From NCBI GenBank assembly GCA_023334545.1, contig JAADVB010000093.1, positions 1 through 63,143 on the forward strand: DNA of 63,143 nucleotides, given 5' to 3'. The first letter of the stretch is position 1. Every line of letters begins with the position of its first letter. The notes beneath the pieces are model-generated. The model was not told the origin of the DNA. It saw only the letters and a list, made by a program, of their open reading frames with translations, and did no database searches. Below are positions 46,001 to 58,017 of this stretch, piece by piece. A program made the translations under genes and the position numbers. Source of the stretch: Salisapilia sapeloensis CBS 127946 (lineage: Eukaryota > Protista > Oomycota).

Positions 46001-46823
46001 TCTTCGTCCGGAGGTCGTAGATACGGAGCCATTTAAAGCCCGTGCCTGTCGCCAGACACGTGGGCTGGTGCGGCACCCACGACAGCGCCACCGTCGCCTC
46101 TGAGTTCGATAGTTCGTACAAAGGTTTATCGTTCGAGTCGCGCTTGTGGACGCTCGAGTCGTGCCGACTGCGCGGCGGCGACGCACCGCCGGCCGAATTC
46201 GACATCACCGAGTGGGCACTCGGACGGCGCTGGGGACCTGCCAGCGTCATGCTGTTGCTACCGTCCAGCGCTTCCCCCGGGTCGCCTACGAACTCGGTGC
46301 CGAGGTCGTCGCCGCTGCTGCTAGCGTGGGACCCATACTGGCCTGGCGATGGCGCCGAGACGCTCAGGCCAGGGACGGCGGAAGGCGGCGTCCCCGTCGC
46401 AGCCTGGACGTCCCATACGAGTGTGCAAAAATCGCTTCTAACTTTCTCGAAGCCGGCGGCTAGCTGGTTTGGTATCGCAGCGTTCCATGCGACAGCATTG
46501 CATGGACGGCTATACTTTGGATGGAGCTCGCCGGCCGTGGCGTTCCCGGCGCTATCCTGGAAGTCGGTCAGGACAACTTTGCCGGCACCTACGCCTGCAG
46601 CGATGAGCGACGGACAGTGACTCGATGGGCTCCAGGACAGACACTTGAGCTGGGAGATCTGAGCATTGATTTTAAGCAATCGAAAGGAACGCTTGCGATG
46701 CGTAGTGCTGGCGTTCGAGGCAGAGTCAAAGGTAGTCTCGAATAGCCGGAGGTTGTCTGTCCCGACGGCGAAGAGCGACGAGTCGTGTGGACTCCACTCG
46801 ACCACCGTGCGCTGCCGGCTCAT
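43095..46823 (-). CDS. MIOS: GATOR2 complex protein MIOS/Sea4
   Basis: 1242-aa ORF with N-terminal WD40 repeats (RPCNAVAWN...[12 protein letters not shown]), central RAAALAVFH and [12 protein letters not shown], and a C-terminal Zn/RING region ([28 protein letters not shown]...CPV..C.C.C). Confidence 0.95.
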   Translation of the reverse strand: [1242 protein letters not shown]

Positions 46824-47342
46824 GCTCTAGACGAATAGCGGCTGCTGTCGTTCCTGCCTCTCGTCTGATAAATACCCCCTTTTTACCCATCGATTCTCTC
46901 CGGATGACGAGAGCTGTTTGTCCTTCTCCTATGAGAGAGGGTCTACGGCTGAGGAGGTGGCATCCTGGTACTATTTTAGTGTACTATTTGATTATACATG
47001 GAGAAATGAGCATGGACGTAGTATCTCTACTAGAGTAAGAAATTATTGTTCCTTATGTGGTAATGTCGATACAAGTCGGATGGTCCATTATTGATCTTCC
47101 TACGCCTGTATGACAATCTCACTCCTACATTCACGCTGGAAGGGTAGGCGGTGTCCTCATATAGAGATGCGAAGGAAGGAGGATGATATCGCAGGCGTCA
47201 TGGACACGAGGAACGACCAGTTCATGGCGATTGGCTGGAGGCCTAATCTCGGCACACGTTCCTATCTCTATCTCAATCCGCTCCCCACTTTGTATCTCGA
47301 CGCGCCTTTACCAAGTCCTATCTAGCCAAAAATATCGCTACG

Positions 47343-47741
47343 ATGGATGCTTCGCTATCGCCCTTCACGAGTGCCATCGTCGTGACTCGAAGCCAAGTTT
47401 CCATGTCGGACCGTGCCCCATCGGACTTTGCCCGGATCATCACGAGCTTCTTGGACACTTCACACTTGCATAGTTTCCACAAGGCCATCGAAGTGGGGTC
47501 GCCGAGGCTGATGAGGCGCTGGAGGAGAATCCAACGCGAGTCGTATGTCAATTACACGGACTGGACGCGAGGGCTGGAAATCGCCAGCAAGAGAGGACAC
47601 GTCGAGCTCATGCACTGGGTTGCCACGTATCGACCAGAGCGGAGTTTATCGGTTTCGCACATGCGAACGTCAAAGGACTCGCGCAGTCTCGGTCGGGCGT
47701 CCATGGCACCCAGTCGAAACCAAATCATATATGTCGAATAG
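47343..47741 (+). pseudogene. Truncated member of the oomycete ankyrin-like repeat family
   Basis: The N-terminal RIITSFLD and one GLEIASKRGHVELMHWVATYRPE repeat resemble that family, but the ORF degenerates after a single repeat. Confidence 0.45.
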
Positions 47742-48056
47742 AAGTTTATGCTATGTACTCTCCGTCTTCCCACGACCGTTTTACATAGAGCAAACATACA
47801 CTTTAAATCCTGCATGCATACGTCTCTTCACCGTGTTTAATGCGAATGCCCATTTCTTACAGCACGAGTGCGAGAGAATTATGAGGAGTACCATCTACTA
47901 GCTACATTCTACATAAATATTCGGAAGAGGCAGACATGATATTTTCGATGCTCTTCAATGTACTGCAAAGATGACATGCGACCAGGAAAGGATTGGTCAG
48001 GAGCTACCATAAGCCAGTGCCCAGACGAAAACGAAAATTTACTACGCATTCGCGAA

Positions 48057-49205
48057 ATGGCATCCCAGTTACTGTACCGCCCCACTACCGCGCTTCTCGT
48101 GCGTGCACCCTGCCGCAAGTATGCCCCTGTACTCGCCACGACGCTGCAGACACGGAGCTTTTCGACGCCGTCGCCCATGGACGGCGAGACCGAACTGACG
48201 CCGTGGCAAAAGGTGCGTCGATGGCTACAGCCGTTTGCGACGGGGACCAAAGCCATGTACCTAGAAAACAAACAGGCGTGGCATATCCGCAAGCGTCTGA
48301 AGGCTGCGGAAGAAGCAGGGGATGCGACGCCCACCGAGACCAAGCTCACGCGGCAGGAGATGATCATTCTTCGTCGAGCTCACCGTGATCTTCTAAAGTC
48401 GCTGCCGCTCATGGCACTCTTCACCGTTCCATTGCTCGGCTACATCGCTCCTATCATCGGTTACCAGTTCCCGAAGCAGTTGCTGCCGTGGCAATTCTGG
48501 CGTCCGGACCAGAAGACACAGTTCTTCCGAGAAGATGCCTTGGCACGGGCTGCGTACTACCCGAAGCTGCTGACGTTCTTGGAACGCATCGAGGAGCCCC
48601 AGGTCGCTGGTGACTCTGGTCCGGGCTCATCGTCTTCAGGTGAGACGGAATCGCTCAAGCAAATGCTTCGAGACAACAGCGATGGTGCGGATGGATTGAC
48701 ACCTGCACAAGTCGCGGAGCTAACTCCTTTCTTCGACGAGATCGGTCCGGCGAGTTTGACCAAGCTCAACTGGCAGCACATTAGCACGCTGACCGAGTCC
48801 TTTGCGGTGTTCCCGGCGTTTTCCTTTGTGGCCAACTTTTTCCCTCGTAGCGTCCTCTTGAACCACTTGGAGAAGCAAGGCCAGCAGCTCGCTGTCGATG
48901 ACCAAATGCTCTTGCAAGAAGGCATCGAGTCCTTGTCGTTGAACGAGCTCGAGTTTGCCTGTGCGGAGCGTGGCATCGTGTATGGCTACGGCGACATGGA
49001 AGCTCTTCGCTCGGCTCTGAACCAGTGGCTCGAGATGTACGACAGGAGTCAATTGGGCTCAGCTTCGCCCCGTGCGCTTCCGTCGTCCTTGCTGCTGCAT
49101 GCGCCGGCGCTATCCTTGTTCTCAGCGCCTTCGACGCCACGACCAGAGGTCGAGCCTCTAGAAGTCGAGCAGCTCGAGCAAGAGAAGACGAGTATCTCTG
49201 GATAA
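48057..49205 (+). CDS. LETM1-like mitochondrial inner membrane protein
   Basis: Arg/Ser-rich acid-poor presequence, DLLKSLPLMALFTVPLLGY...FPKQLLP TM/LETM1 motif, and DDQMLLQEGIESLSLNELEFACAERG. Confidence 0.85.
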   Translation: MASQLLYRPTTALLVRAPCRKYAPVLATTLQTRSFSTPSPMDGETELTPWQKVRRWLQPFATGTKAMYLENKQAWHIRKRLKAAEEAGDATPTETKLTRQEMIILRRAHRDLLKSLPLMALFTVPLLGYIAPIIGYQFPKQLLPWQFWRPDQKTQFFREDALARAAYYPKLLTFLERIEEPQVAGDSGPGSSSSGETESLKQMLRDNSDGADGLTPAQVAELTPFFDEIGPASLTKLNWQHISTLTESFAVFPAFSFVANFFPRSVLLNHLEKQGQQLAVDDQMLLQEGIESLSLNELEFACAERGIVYGYGDMEALRSALNQWLEMYDRSQLGSASPRALPSSLLLHAPALSLFSAPSTPRPEVEPLEVEQLEQEKTSISG

Positions 49206-49348
49206 AAGCCATTTAGAAATAGACCAAGCACCCTTCTCGCATCCGCCTACTTGGTAGGAACTATCCGTAAGGTAGTAGTCGTCTACTAGAGAATAGAAAC
49301 GTTTGGAGCAAATGCTTTTTATCATTCAAATCTATCGGTACATGGTAT

Positions 49349-52300
49349 CTACTCAAGCTTAATTTTGGCCTTGGGGATGTGAATGACGTTGGCGCCAGTG
49401 ACTTTTGTGAGCGTCTCGGGGGATCTCAAGACTCGTATGAGCGTTTCAAAGATGCGCACTTCGTCTTTGAGATGACCGATGTAGTTTCCGTCGCGCGCGA
49501 TGTAGACGCCTTCAATGAGCTCTAGGACGTCCTCCGGGTCCGGCAGTTCAGCGTACTGGATCTCGAAGATCTTGCCTCGGAAGAAGCCTTTGACGGCACT
49601 TCCGATCGTCACGACGACGAAGAAGTAGACTGCTGCGAGACCGTACTGGTCAATATCGAGCGAGTTGAGGCCCTGGACGATATTGTCCGATACGGCGATG
49701 ATGCAGAAGGGCATCTGTTTGGAGCAATAGTCCTCTTTACTCGACGTCGCTTCGTTGAACGAGTCGATGGTCCACCAGCTCTGCGAGTCGGCCATGTGTC
49801 GCTGCAACTTGATGCTCCTCATGGTCGTGGATCGATTCAGCACGCCTTCCGTCGCTGTCAGCTGCATGATCGGAGGGTACAGATCCGGCACAAGCAGCGG
49901 CTCCGTGCTTTCGATCGAACTTCCGTTCTTGTTCGTCATGTCGAGCATGCGTACGAGGAGCTCTCTCTGCTCTGGATCAAGCTGTCCGTAGTACTTTTGC
50001 TCGACCGTCTCGTCATTCTCAGGTCCAGGTCGAACGAACGTGAGCTTCATGCTCCACTGGAGCTTGGTCGTGTTCGCCTGGATCTGCGACACGAGGAGGT
50101 CGATGCGCGGTGGAGACGTCGTCCAGATGTACCTCGAGAACGGATTGAATCGAATGCGCTGGACACTCGCGCCTTCCGTGTTCTTGTCGATGTCAAAGTC
50201 TGGGCTATTAAAGTCTGCGTTCGAGTACAATTCGCTAAAGGTGCCGAATGAGTCTTCGAGGCCAAAGACGACGGTCGAGTGCGTGACTTTATTCTCGGCC
50301 GTGGACGGATTCGCAGAGCTGAAGATCGCGAGTGGGCCGATGAGACAGAGCAAGAGGAAGAAGAGCATGACACCAGCCGTCATGAGTTTGGTTCGCATCG
50401 GCTGCCGGCGTTTGCCTTGCAGTACCTCTGCTTCTTGTACTCTCTTACGCATTTCTAACTTTACTTTAAAGAGGTGGGCACCAGCGTCTTCTAGAAGGAC
50501 CCAATGGGCCCACTCGAGCGACGTCTTGGTGCAGATGTAGTCTAGCAGAGCTCGCATCTCGAAGAGGAACGGGATGAGCATCATGAGAGGGAACGTGACT
50601 TCCGACAGCTTGGTGTAGATGTTGTGCTTGGTGTAGTTGTACCTGGATCCGCGGAAGACCTGGTAGCCGTATCGGATCTGAAGCGCACCGAGCCATAGGT
50701 AGCAGCATTGGACGAGGTAGAAGATGACGAGACCGGCGCGGTGCTGAAAGTACTTGTTCGTATGCGATGGGATGAGGTACCACACGGTCAGGTGGAGGAC
50801 GAACGTGTAGACGTATTGGAGGACGAGTTTCGCACGTAGAGAGCCTCGTACGAAGGCTACTCGGTCCCAGATGACGGTGATCATTTGGATAAAGACCGTC
50901 AGGACGAGGTAGCCAGAGAGCATGGAGCTACTGGTGAGTCGACCACTGGCGTTCGCTACGTCGCTCTCGTCGCTCGGTTCGCCAAAGTCTTCGAAGAAGA
51001 TGAGCGAGTACACGATGAGGAAGAGCTGGACAGCCAGTGATGACGTGTAAAAGTCTCTCCCAGGCTTCTCGCCCTGGACTGCGACGTAGATGTCTTTATC
51101 CCATTGCGGCGGCGGGTCCGCCATGACGCCTTGGAAGTAGTGGTAGACCTTTGGGATCTTTTGCTCGAGCCACTTTTGCTTCGTATGCCCATTCACGTTG
51201 GTCGTCGAGTCCTCGATCTCGACTTGCTCCGTCTCTTCGACCTGCTCCTTTTCTTTCTTCTCGTCCTCTGGGATCGAGTCGGACGAGAGACGCTGAGGAG
51301 CTTGGTGCTCCGCTCCCTCCTCTTCCTTGTCTTCTTCCTCTGCCGCTTTCAGTCGTTCCTCCTCCTCCTCTTCCTCTTGCAGCTCTCCTAAGAGCTCCGA
51401 GGCCAAGTCGGTACTCATGTCCGTACTCGGCTTGCTCATGTGGTTGCTGATCGCCGTCGTCGTCGTCTGTCTCGTAAGCATGTGGACATCTCCTAGTCGA
51501 GCATCCGTGGATGATCCATTCTCCATCTCGGAGCTCTCGTGCTCCGAGCTTTGTCTCGCAGTCGGTTGCGGAGGTAGCTGCGTCATGTTATCAGCCGGAC
51601 GCATGCTACTGACGCGATAGACTTCATCGATCGAATCTCGAGACGAGCTCTCCGAGTTCTTGATCACATCCGAGTGGAGCACCATGTCTTCATCTCCTTC
51701 CTCCTCCTTGGAGATCCAGAAGCCTCGTATCATGAGCTCTCGCCTGTGCCAAAGGATCGCGAGGACGATGTAAAAGTCCCATTGAAGACCAATGTAGATG
51801 CTGCTGATGCTACTGATGGCGCTTTCATCGAACTTGTACAGGCCGAGCAAGACCATCGGCTGGATGGCTTGCGGCGACCGAGTGATCGTATACGAGTTCA
51901 TGGACGTGCAATGGGGCTCAACGCTCGGGACGTAGTACCCGTCGTTATTCAGTTTATCGCAAAAGACCGACAGCTGATACGCGTACCGGAGGCCGATGAC
52001 GAGGAACGAGTAGAGGAGGAGGGTGACCCATGCCTTGGCGCTCGGCCGCGGGTTTTCCAGGATCAAGTAACAGAACGCAAAGAGGACGTAGATCATGTTC
52101 AAAAGGTCTGCCTGGCTCATGAACGAGATGACCATGACGAGGCAGCACACGGCGGCGCTGTGGCTGCGGAAGACGTTGGTCGTGATGCGCAGGAGCTCGG
52201 CCATGGATGGCTCGAACTGGTCTTCCGGCTCGTATCGTATCGTGTCGAGTCGAAAGCCAGCGTCCTGGAGCTCGTAGACGAAGCGGTATACCGGGATGCG

Positions 52301-55300
52301 CCAGCTCAAGAGCGACTTGCTCGCTTCTTTATCGAACTCGAGGTCTTCCAGGTCACCCAGAGTGCTCTCGTCGCCCGTTACGCTACTCCATTCGCTGTGG
52401 CTGTCGTCTGTGTCGTCGTCCTTGCCGTAGATGTCACGCGCCTCTTGGTCCAAGGGACTCGGGAGGTTCTTCTCCGCCAGTGTCGACAGGATGCTGGGCT
52501 GCAGCGCGTCCTTGGGGGCAGCGAACGCGAGCGCCTGGAGAAACTTGGCAAAGTCCTGCACCTGTTCTACCTGGAATTCATACTTGAAGTCGCACTTGCG
52601 TTCTGTGCTGCGGACAACGATCTGATATGTGTATAGGAGAGGCGAGACGTCGTCGAACTGGACCTTGTTCTCGCTCAGCTGAAGCTTGAGGACATGTCGC
52701 CACGGGAACGACGTCTTGATCTTCTTCCGGCGCTTGCGACTTCGATGCTTGAGCGCTTTCTCTTCATCCTGGTAGAACGCCAGGCCGTTGTTGTCGACCA
52801 CGACATATCGATGGAGGTACTTTGGTCGCATCCAGGACACGACAAAGTCGAGCTTCGGGGGAGGAACGTGTTCTCGTCGGTACTTCATCCACCCGGCGGT
52901 GCACGTGCCATTCAGGTTGAGCGCGAGCGTCGACACGGGGTCACAAGCGGTGCTAAAAGGTCCTTCGCCCATGCGAGAGACGGCCGCCACTTTGAACTGG
53001 TAGCTCGTGCCTGGTCGCAGGCCTTCGATTGTGACTTGCGTCGTGGATCCCTTGACTTCCATGAGGTCTCCAAAGTCTCCTAGTAAGGTTAAGGATGGGT
53101 ACTGCTGTCGTACGATGCGGTAGAAGCGGATCTTATGGAGCGACTCGGACGGAGGCTCCCAGGACAAGGTGACCGAGTTCTGTGTCGTGTCGACGACTGT
53201 CGGCCGAGGCGGTGCCATGGGTGGAAGGTTGTGGTGGAGTCCCATGGCGATGTCCATGAGCTCATGGACTTTGTGCACGAGTTTCGACACGATGACACGC
53301 AGGCGTTGGATCGCCGCGCTCTTCTCGCGTTTCATCTGGAGCCACTGGGCCGTCCGCTCTTTGAAGAAGGCGCGAGTGATCTCGTAGCTCCGGACATGGG
53401 CTCGAAGGAGCTCGCGTTCATAGTACTGACAGACCTCAAAGTATGACGAGCTCTGGAGCATCTCGCACTGGACGCTGATAAAGGCAAAGACGACGATCAG
53501 CCCCACTGGTGTATAGTCGAGCGGGACGCCCAGGAGGTTGGCGATGGACGCACAGCCGCCGTAGGCGTCAGCAGCCGAGCGGTTGCCGAGCTTGCAGTCG
53601 AGGAGCTGGTCTCGAAAGTACGGCGCTTGGAGGACAATGATAAGGAAGAGATGGAACCAGTTGAAGCGTCGGAGGTAGCGGATCCAGACGTTCTGCGGGT
53701 CGCGCGTGTCGTCGATGCGATAGAGCATGACGCCGGACGCCCAGACGTACGCGAGCGACAGGATACCGCCTTGATTGGCGCCGACGACGAAGCACGTGAA
53801 GAGCACGACTGGCAGCCACGTCGACAGGACGATGAACTCGAGGTAATACCACATGTACTTGCGCGTGCGCATGATGTACTGGGATTCTGGCTGAACCTCG
53901 GGCGACTGGGCAGTGAGGCCGCTGGCGCCAGAGGCATGACGCGCGAGAGGCGAGGCTTCCATGACCGAGACTTGGTTCAACGGCGTCGGGCCGGAGGACG
54001 GTTTGAGGAATCGATGGGACATGGGAAGGAGGTAGACTGCCATGAGCGCGATGAAGTCCGCGAGCATCGCCCACTTTTGCTGATGCGCGAGCATGTACCA
54101 CTGCTGGTAGTCTAGAGGGACGATGCGCCAAGGGAAGGTGCTTTGTTTGTCCCATCCCAAGTCTGGCGGGAGGAAGAGGAGGAGATAATACTCAATGAGA
54201 ATGACAAGAGAGAGGACGATGGCGAGAAGCAGCCATCGCTTGATGACGTTCACTGCTTTGGCATACATGAGGCTATAGACTATCAGCATATACGGAATGG
54301 ATACAATGTCTTCATGCAAAAAGCTAGAGACGACAAAGAGCAGGATGACGGCGTTCACGGACACTTTGCTCGCATAGTCGACGCAAAAGTCACGGAGACA
54401 CGAGAGGAAGTCTTTGTCGCCTGCGCCGGAAGAGTACCCAGCGTTCAGGAGCATGGCCGTGGACGATGGACTGCGTGGCGAGTCGCCACGGACGCCTGTG
54501 ACATGGGACATGTTGGAGGGCGCAGTGCTCGGCGGATGGACGTCATCATCGCTGTCCATGATCGCGACGTTCGACGCTGTCTGGTGCTTAAGGTCTCTGT
54601 TGCCCATGCGCTGGGCAAAGTCATGCTCAAAGCGTGAGATAGCGAGCTCGACTCGGTCTTTCGATCGATTCGGAGTAATGCCGGTGCTGCCGTCAAAGTA
54701 CTGTGCCGCGCGATGGAGGATGCACATGCCGACGATGGCGAGTTCTCCGCTCAAGAGACCCCAGAGCGAGGCCGTCGCTTGGTTCGTGTCATACCTTTCC
54801 GAGAGACGCAAGAGACCGATCCAGTCGGTCGTGTCTTGGATGTGCGTTGGCGCAACGTTGGTCTCCTGTTCCGGGTCAAAGGTGCTCATCTGGATGAAGA
54901 ACTTGAGGACGGCGGCAGTAGCTGCGATCCAGAAGAGTGGTCGCCAGAGACAGCGCCAGTTGCCGCTAAAGAAGCGGCCGAGGATGATGGTGAGGACGTA
55001 GAGAGCACCGATGGCATCGATCTTACGAATCGCGACTACCATGGAGATGATCGTTAGTGCAGGCGTGCTGATGGCGACGAGGATGCGACGTATCGAGTCG
55101 AGAGCGAAGAGGAAGCGATCTGCCGCGACACTTCTTCCTGCAGCGAATAAGGGATAGACCTTGACGTCTTTGGACATGGAAGACATTTGCCAGAAGGTGA
55201 GTGCCATGAGAATGGCGGTCGGGAGGAGGTAGAAGAAGACATTGGAAAGGTTTTTATAAGTCGAGTGGTTTTCGAGGCCAATAGCTTCGGCCGAGACAAA

Positions 55301-58017
55301 GTGCGACGTGAAAAAGTGTTCTTCCAAGTAGTTCGCGACACGATCGAATTGATAGATGTAGCGACAGGTGAGGACGAGGAGCTCGATGAACAAGGCGAGT
55401 GACCAAAGGAGTTTTAGACGAAGACTTGTGCGTGGTGCACCGAGGAAGCCACCGAGGTGATTGCCGAGGATGAGGAAGAGCAGGACTAACTGGATGGCAC
55501 CGACAAAGTTCGTGTGCAATGACGTCACGCCTCGCTCGTACTGCATCGAGACGACGAGGAACGCAATGTAGCACAAGAGAGCTCCGCCGATACGAAAGCA
55601 ATTGTCGATTTCGACGACGAGACGCGAGACGAAGTAGATGGGGTTATGCACCGCGTCATGGATCGTCCGTTTCCCCTTCTCGATCGTCCGTTCATTCGCG
55701 ACGTACAGCGCCATTTGGAAGACAAGTTGGAAGACGATGACGAGTTGAGCCATGAAGAGCGTCGGCCAGAGCGCGCCCCATGTGTTGGCGTTCGGGTCGA
55801 AGCAGACGAGGCCGATGAGCGCCAGACGCTCGTTCTCTTTGCAGTCAATGTTCCGCACAAACTGCGCGAGGCACGCGAGTAGCGCGTAGCAGAGCAAGAC
55901 GCGCCAGAACTGACGTCGACGCTCGAAGAAGAACATGAGGACAACGGCGATGGCGAGGTAACCGATTTGAATGAACGAAACACGAGTGCTTAGGACAACG
56001 GCGAGGATGGTCACGAGGACGAGGGCGTCGACGTGGGTCATTACGACGATCTTGGCGTCTGCGAGCCACAGGCCGACGATGCTGCGCCACCCAGACTCGA
56101 GCTGAACCTGCATCTCCGCTTGCATCTGGATATCTTCTGTACTCGGTCGATGCTCAATGTCCTTATCTTCATTGGAGATCGTGCCAGAGGACGTCCGCGT
56201 CGGCTCTGGCGCCATCTCTTCCATGCGTTTCTGCCGCTGCGACTCTTTCAACAGATCTTCAAAGCGCCATCGCGTCCGGATGGAGTAGAAGAGGAAGAGA
56301 AGACAGAGATTATGCATACCTAGGTCTAAAAAAGGGTACTCGAAGGCTTTGAGGCCGATGCTGACATACTCGTCCTTGTCGATGAGGCCGATGGTCAAGT
56401 TGCAGATGTACTCGACGATGGCGAGGCCGACGCCGTAGCACGGGAGGACCCAGATGACAAAGGCTGGTGTCGGGAGACCGTAGAGTGCGAGGTAGAGGAA
56501 GGCCCAGGCCATCATGGGCGTCGACAGGTACGAAGGGTACGATACGCACCAGCAGATAGCCCAGACGCTCGCGAGGAGGAGACCTCCGCCACGCAGCAGG
56601 ACGCGCGTGAAGAACGGCTGTTGGTTCAAGAGGTCTTCGATGCGGACGCTCCCTTGCTCCGTCGCGCCGGCGTCCTGCAGTGGAGCCGCCGCAGCGCCGT
56701 GCATGACACGATCGTTCTTGAAGACCTCGTCCTGTAGAATCCGCAGCTTGGCGCAGCACACCATGAGGAGCGTCTGGCAGATTAAGAGGATGTAGTGCGT
56801 CCAGTCGGCGTGTCCGTCGGAGAAGTCGACGAAGCCGGCGTAGAGCGCGATCTTTTGCATCGTATCGTTCTGTCGGATGTCGCCAAAGTGGTAGATGTAC
56901 CAGAGGACATTCATGACGGCAGACATGCCCATGAGGAACGTCGTGACTTGTCGTCCGAGGAACATCTGAGCTGTCACTTTGTACGTCTGACGTGCCTGGA
57001 GGTGCGCAACGGTCTCTTTCTTGGCTTTCCATGTCCAGTGGACGAGGCGCTGGAGGAAGATGAGGTAATAGACGGCAGTGACGAACGCAGGGACGCTGAG
57101 ACTCGTGATGAACAAGAGCGTGGCGGTGAGCAGACCAACAGATCGGCGCATGGCTCTTGTCTTTTGGAAGGAACTGCGTTTCGTGCCTCGAACGCCTCGC
57201 ATGAGGTGGTCGCCGAGCTCAAAGACGTCTAGGTACTGCCGCTTAGCGCGCAAGTGCCGAAGGACATAAAAGTAGTGGAAGAGGCTACAGACGATGACGA
57301 TGGTATCGACGCCAAAGCTCGTCCAGTAGTCTATCGCGCCGTCCATGCGGTCGAAACCAAAGTACGAACGAGCGTCTGCACCCGGGAGCGAGTCATGCGT
57401 TTTAAATAGAACGAGAAAAGTGATATGACCGACGAGCGCTAGTAGCGAGACGGCAAAGGTGACGAGTGCGAGGGGCTTGGAACCGAATGATGTAATGGTT
57501 CCGAAGCAAAACGCGAGTAAATAGTACAAGGATACGACGTTGATGCGGACGAGAGCGCATGCGAGGAGGCAGACGGCGAAGACGACGTCCGCGAAGGTTT
57601 CCAGGAAAGCGATGGCGTTGATCGATAGACCGTTATTTTTGGATCTGTAGCAGTAGAGGAGGTCAGCTAGCTTACGTAGGAAGTATACTAGTACACGTAC
57701 GTCGCACGCGTCGACGTCCCATCGGCACGGTGGGAGTTGGTGGCGAAAGGAGCATATTGCGTCCGGAACGACTGCTGTGTCGGGATAGAGCTCCCGTCCT
57801 GTACTTGTGGCAGCGCCGTCGTGGAAGCCGTGCCACGCGATTGAGCGTCTGCGTTGGGTGTATTAATCTCCCGATAGGGCGTCGTCGGTGCCGAGCTCGG
57901 TCGTTCTGGTGATCTCGAGATTTGAAAGGACCGATTATGCTGTGTCGGCATGATGGAAGATGGCAACTCTTCGGCTGATGGCAGTCGTTGTTGACTCGTA
58001 CGTCGCCGGAACGCCAT
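49349..58017 (-). CDS. PIEZO: Piezo-type mechanosensitive channel with internal FN3 and PH-like domains; join complement(57701..58017,49349..57644), about 2870 aa
   Basis: Many TM helices, KPGRDFY, PFLFEMRALLDYICTKTSL..WVLLED, KxxTAGVMLFFLLLCLIGPLAIFS and C-terminal LPDPEDVLELIEGVYIAR...LIRVLRSPETL are Piezo signatures. Intron 57700-57645 keeps the frame. Confidence 0.95.
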
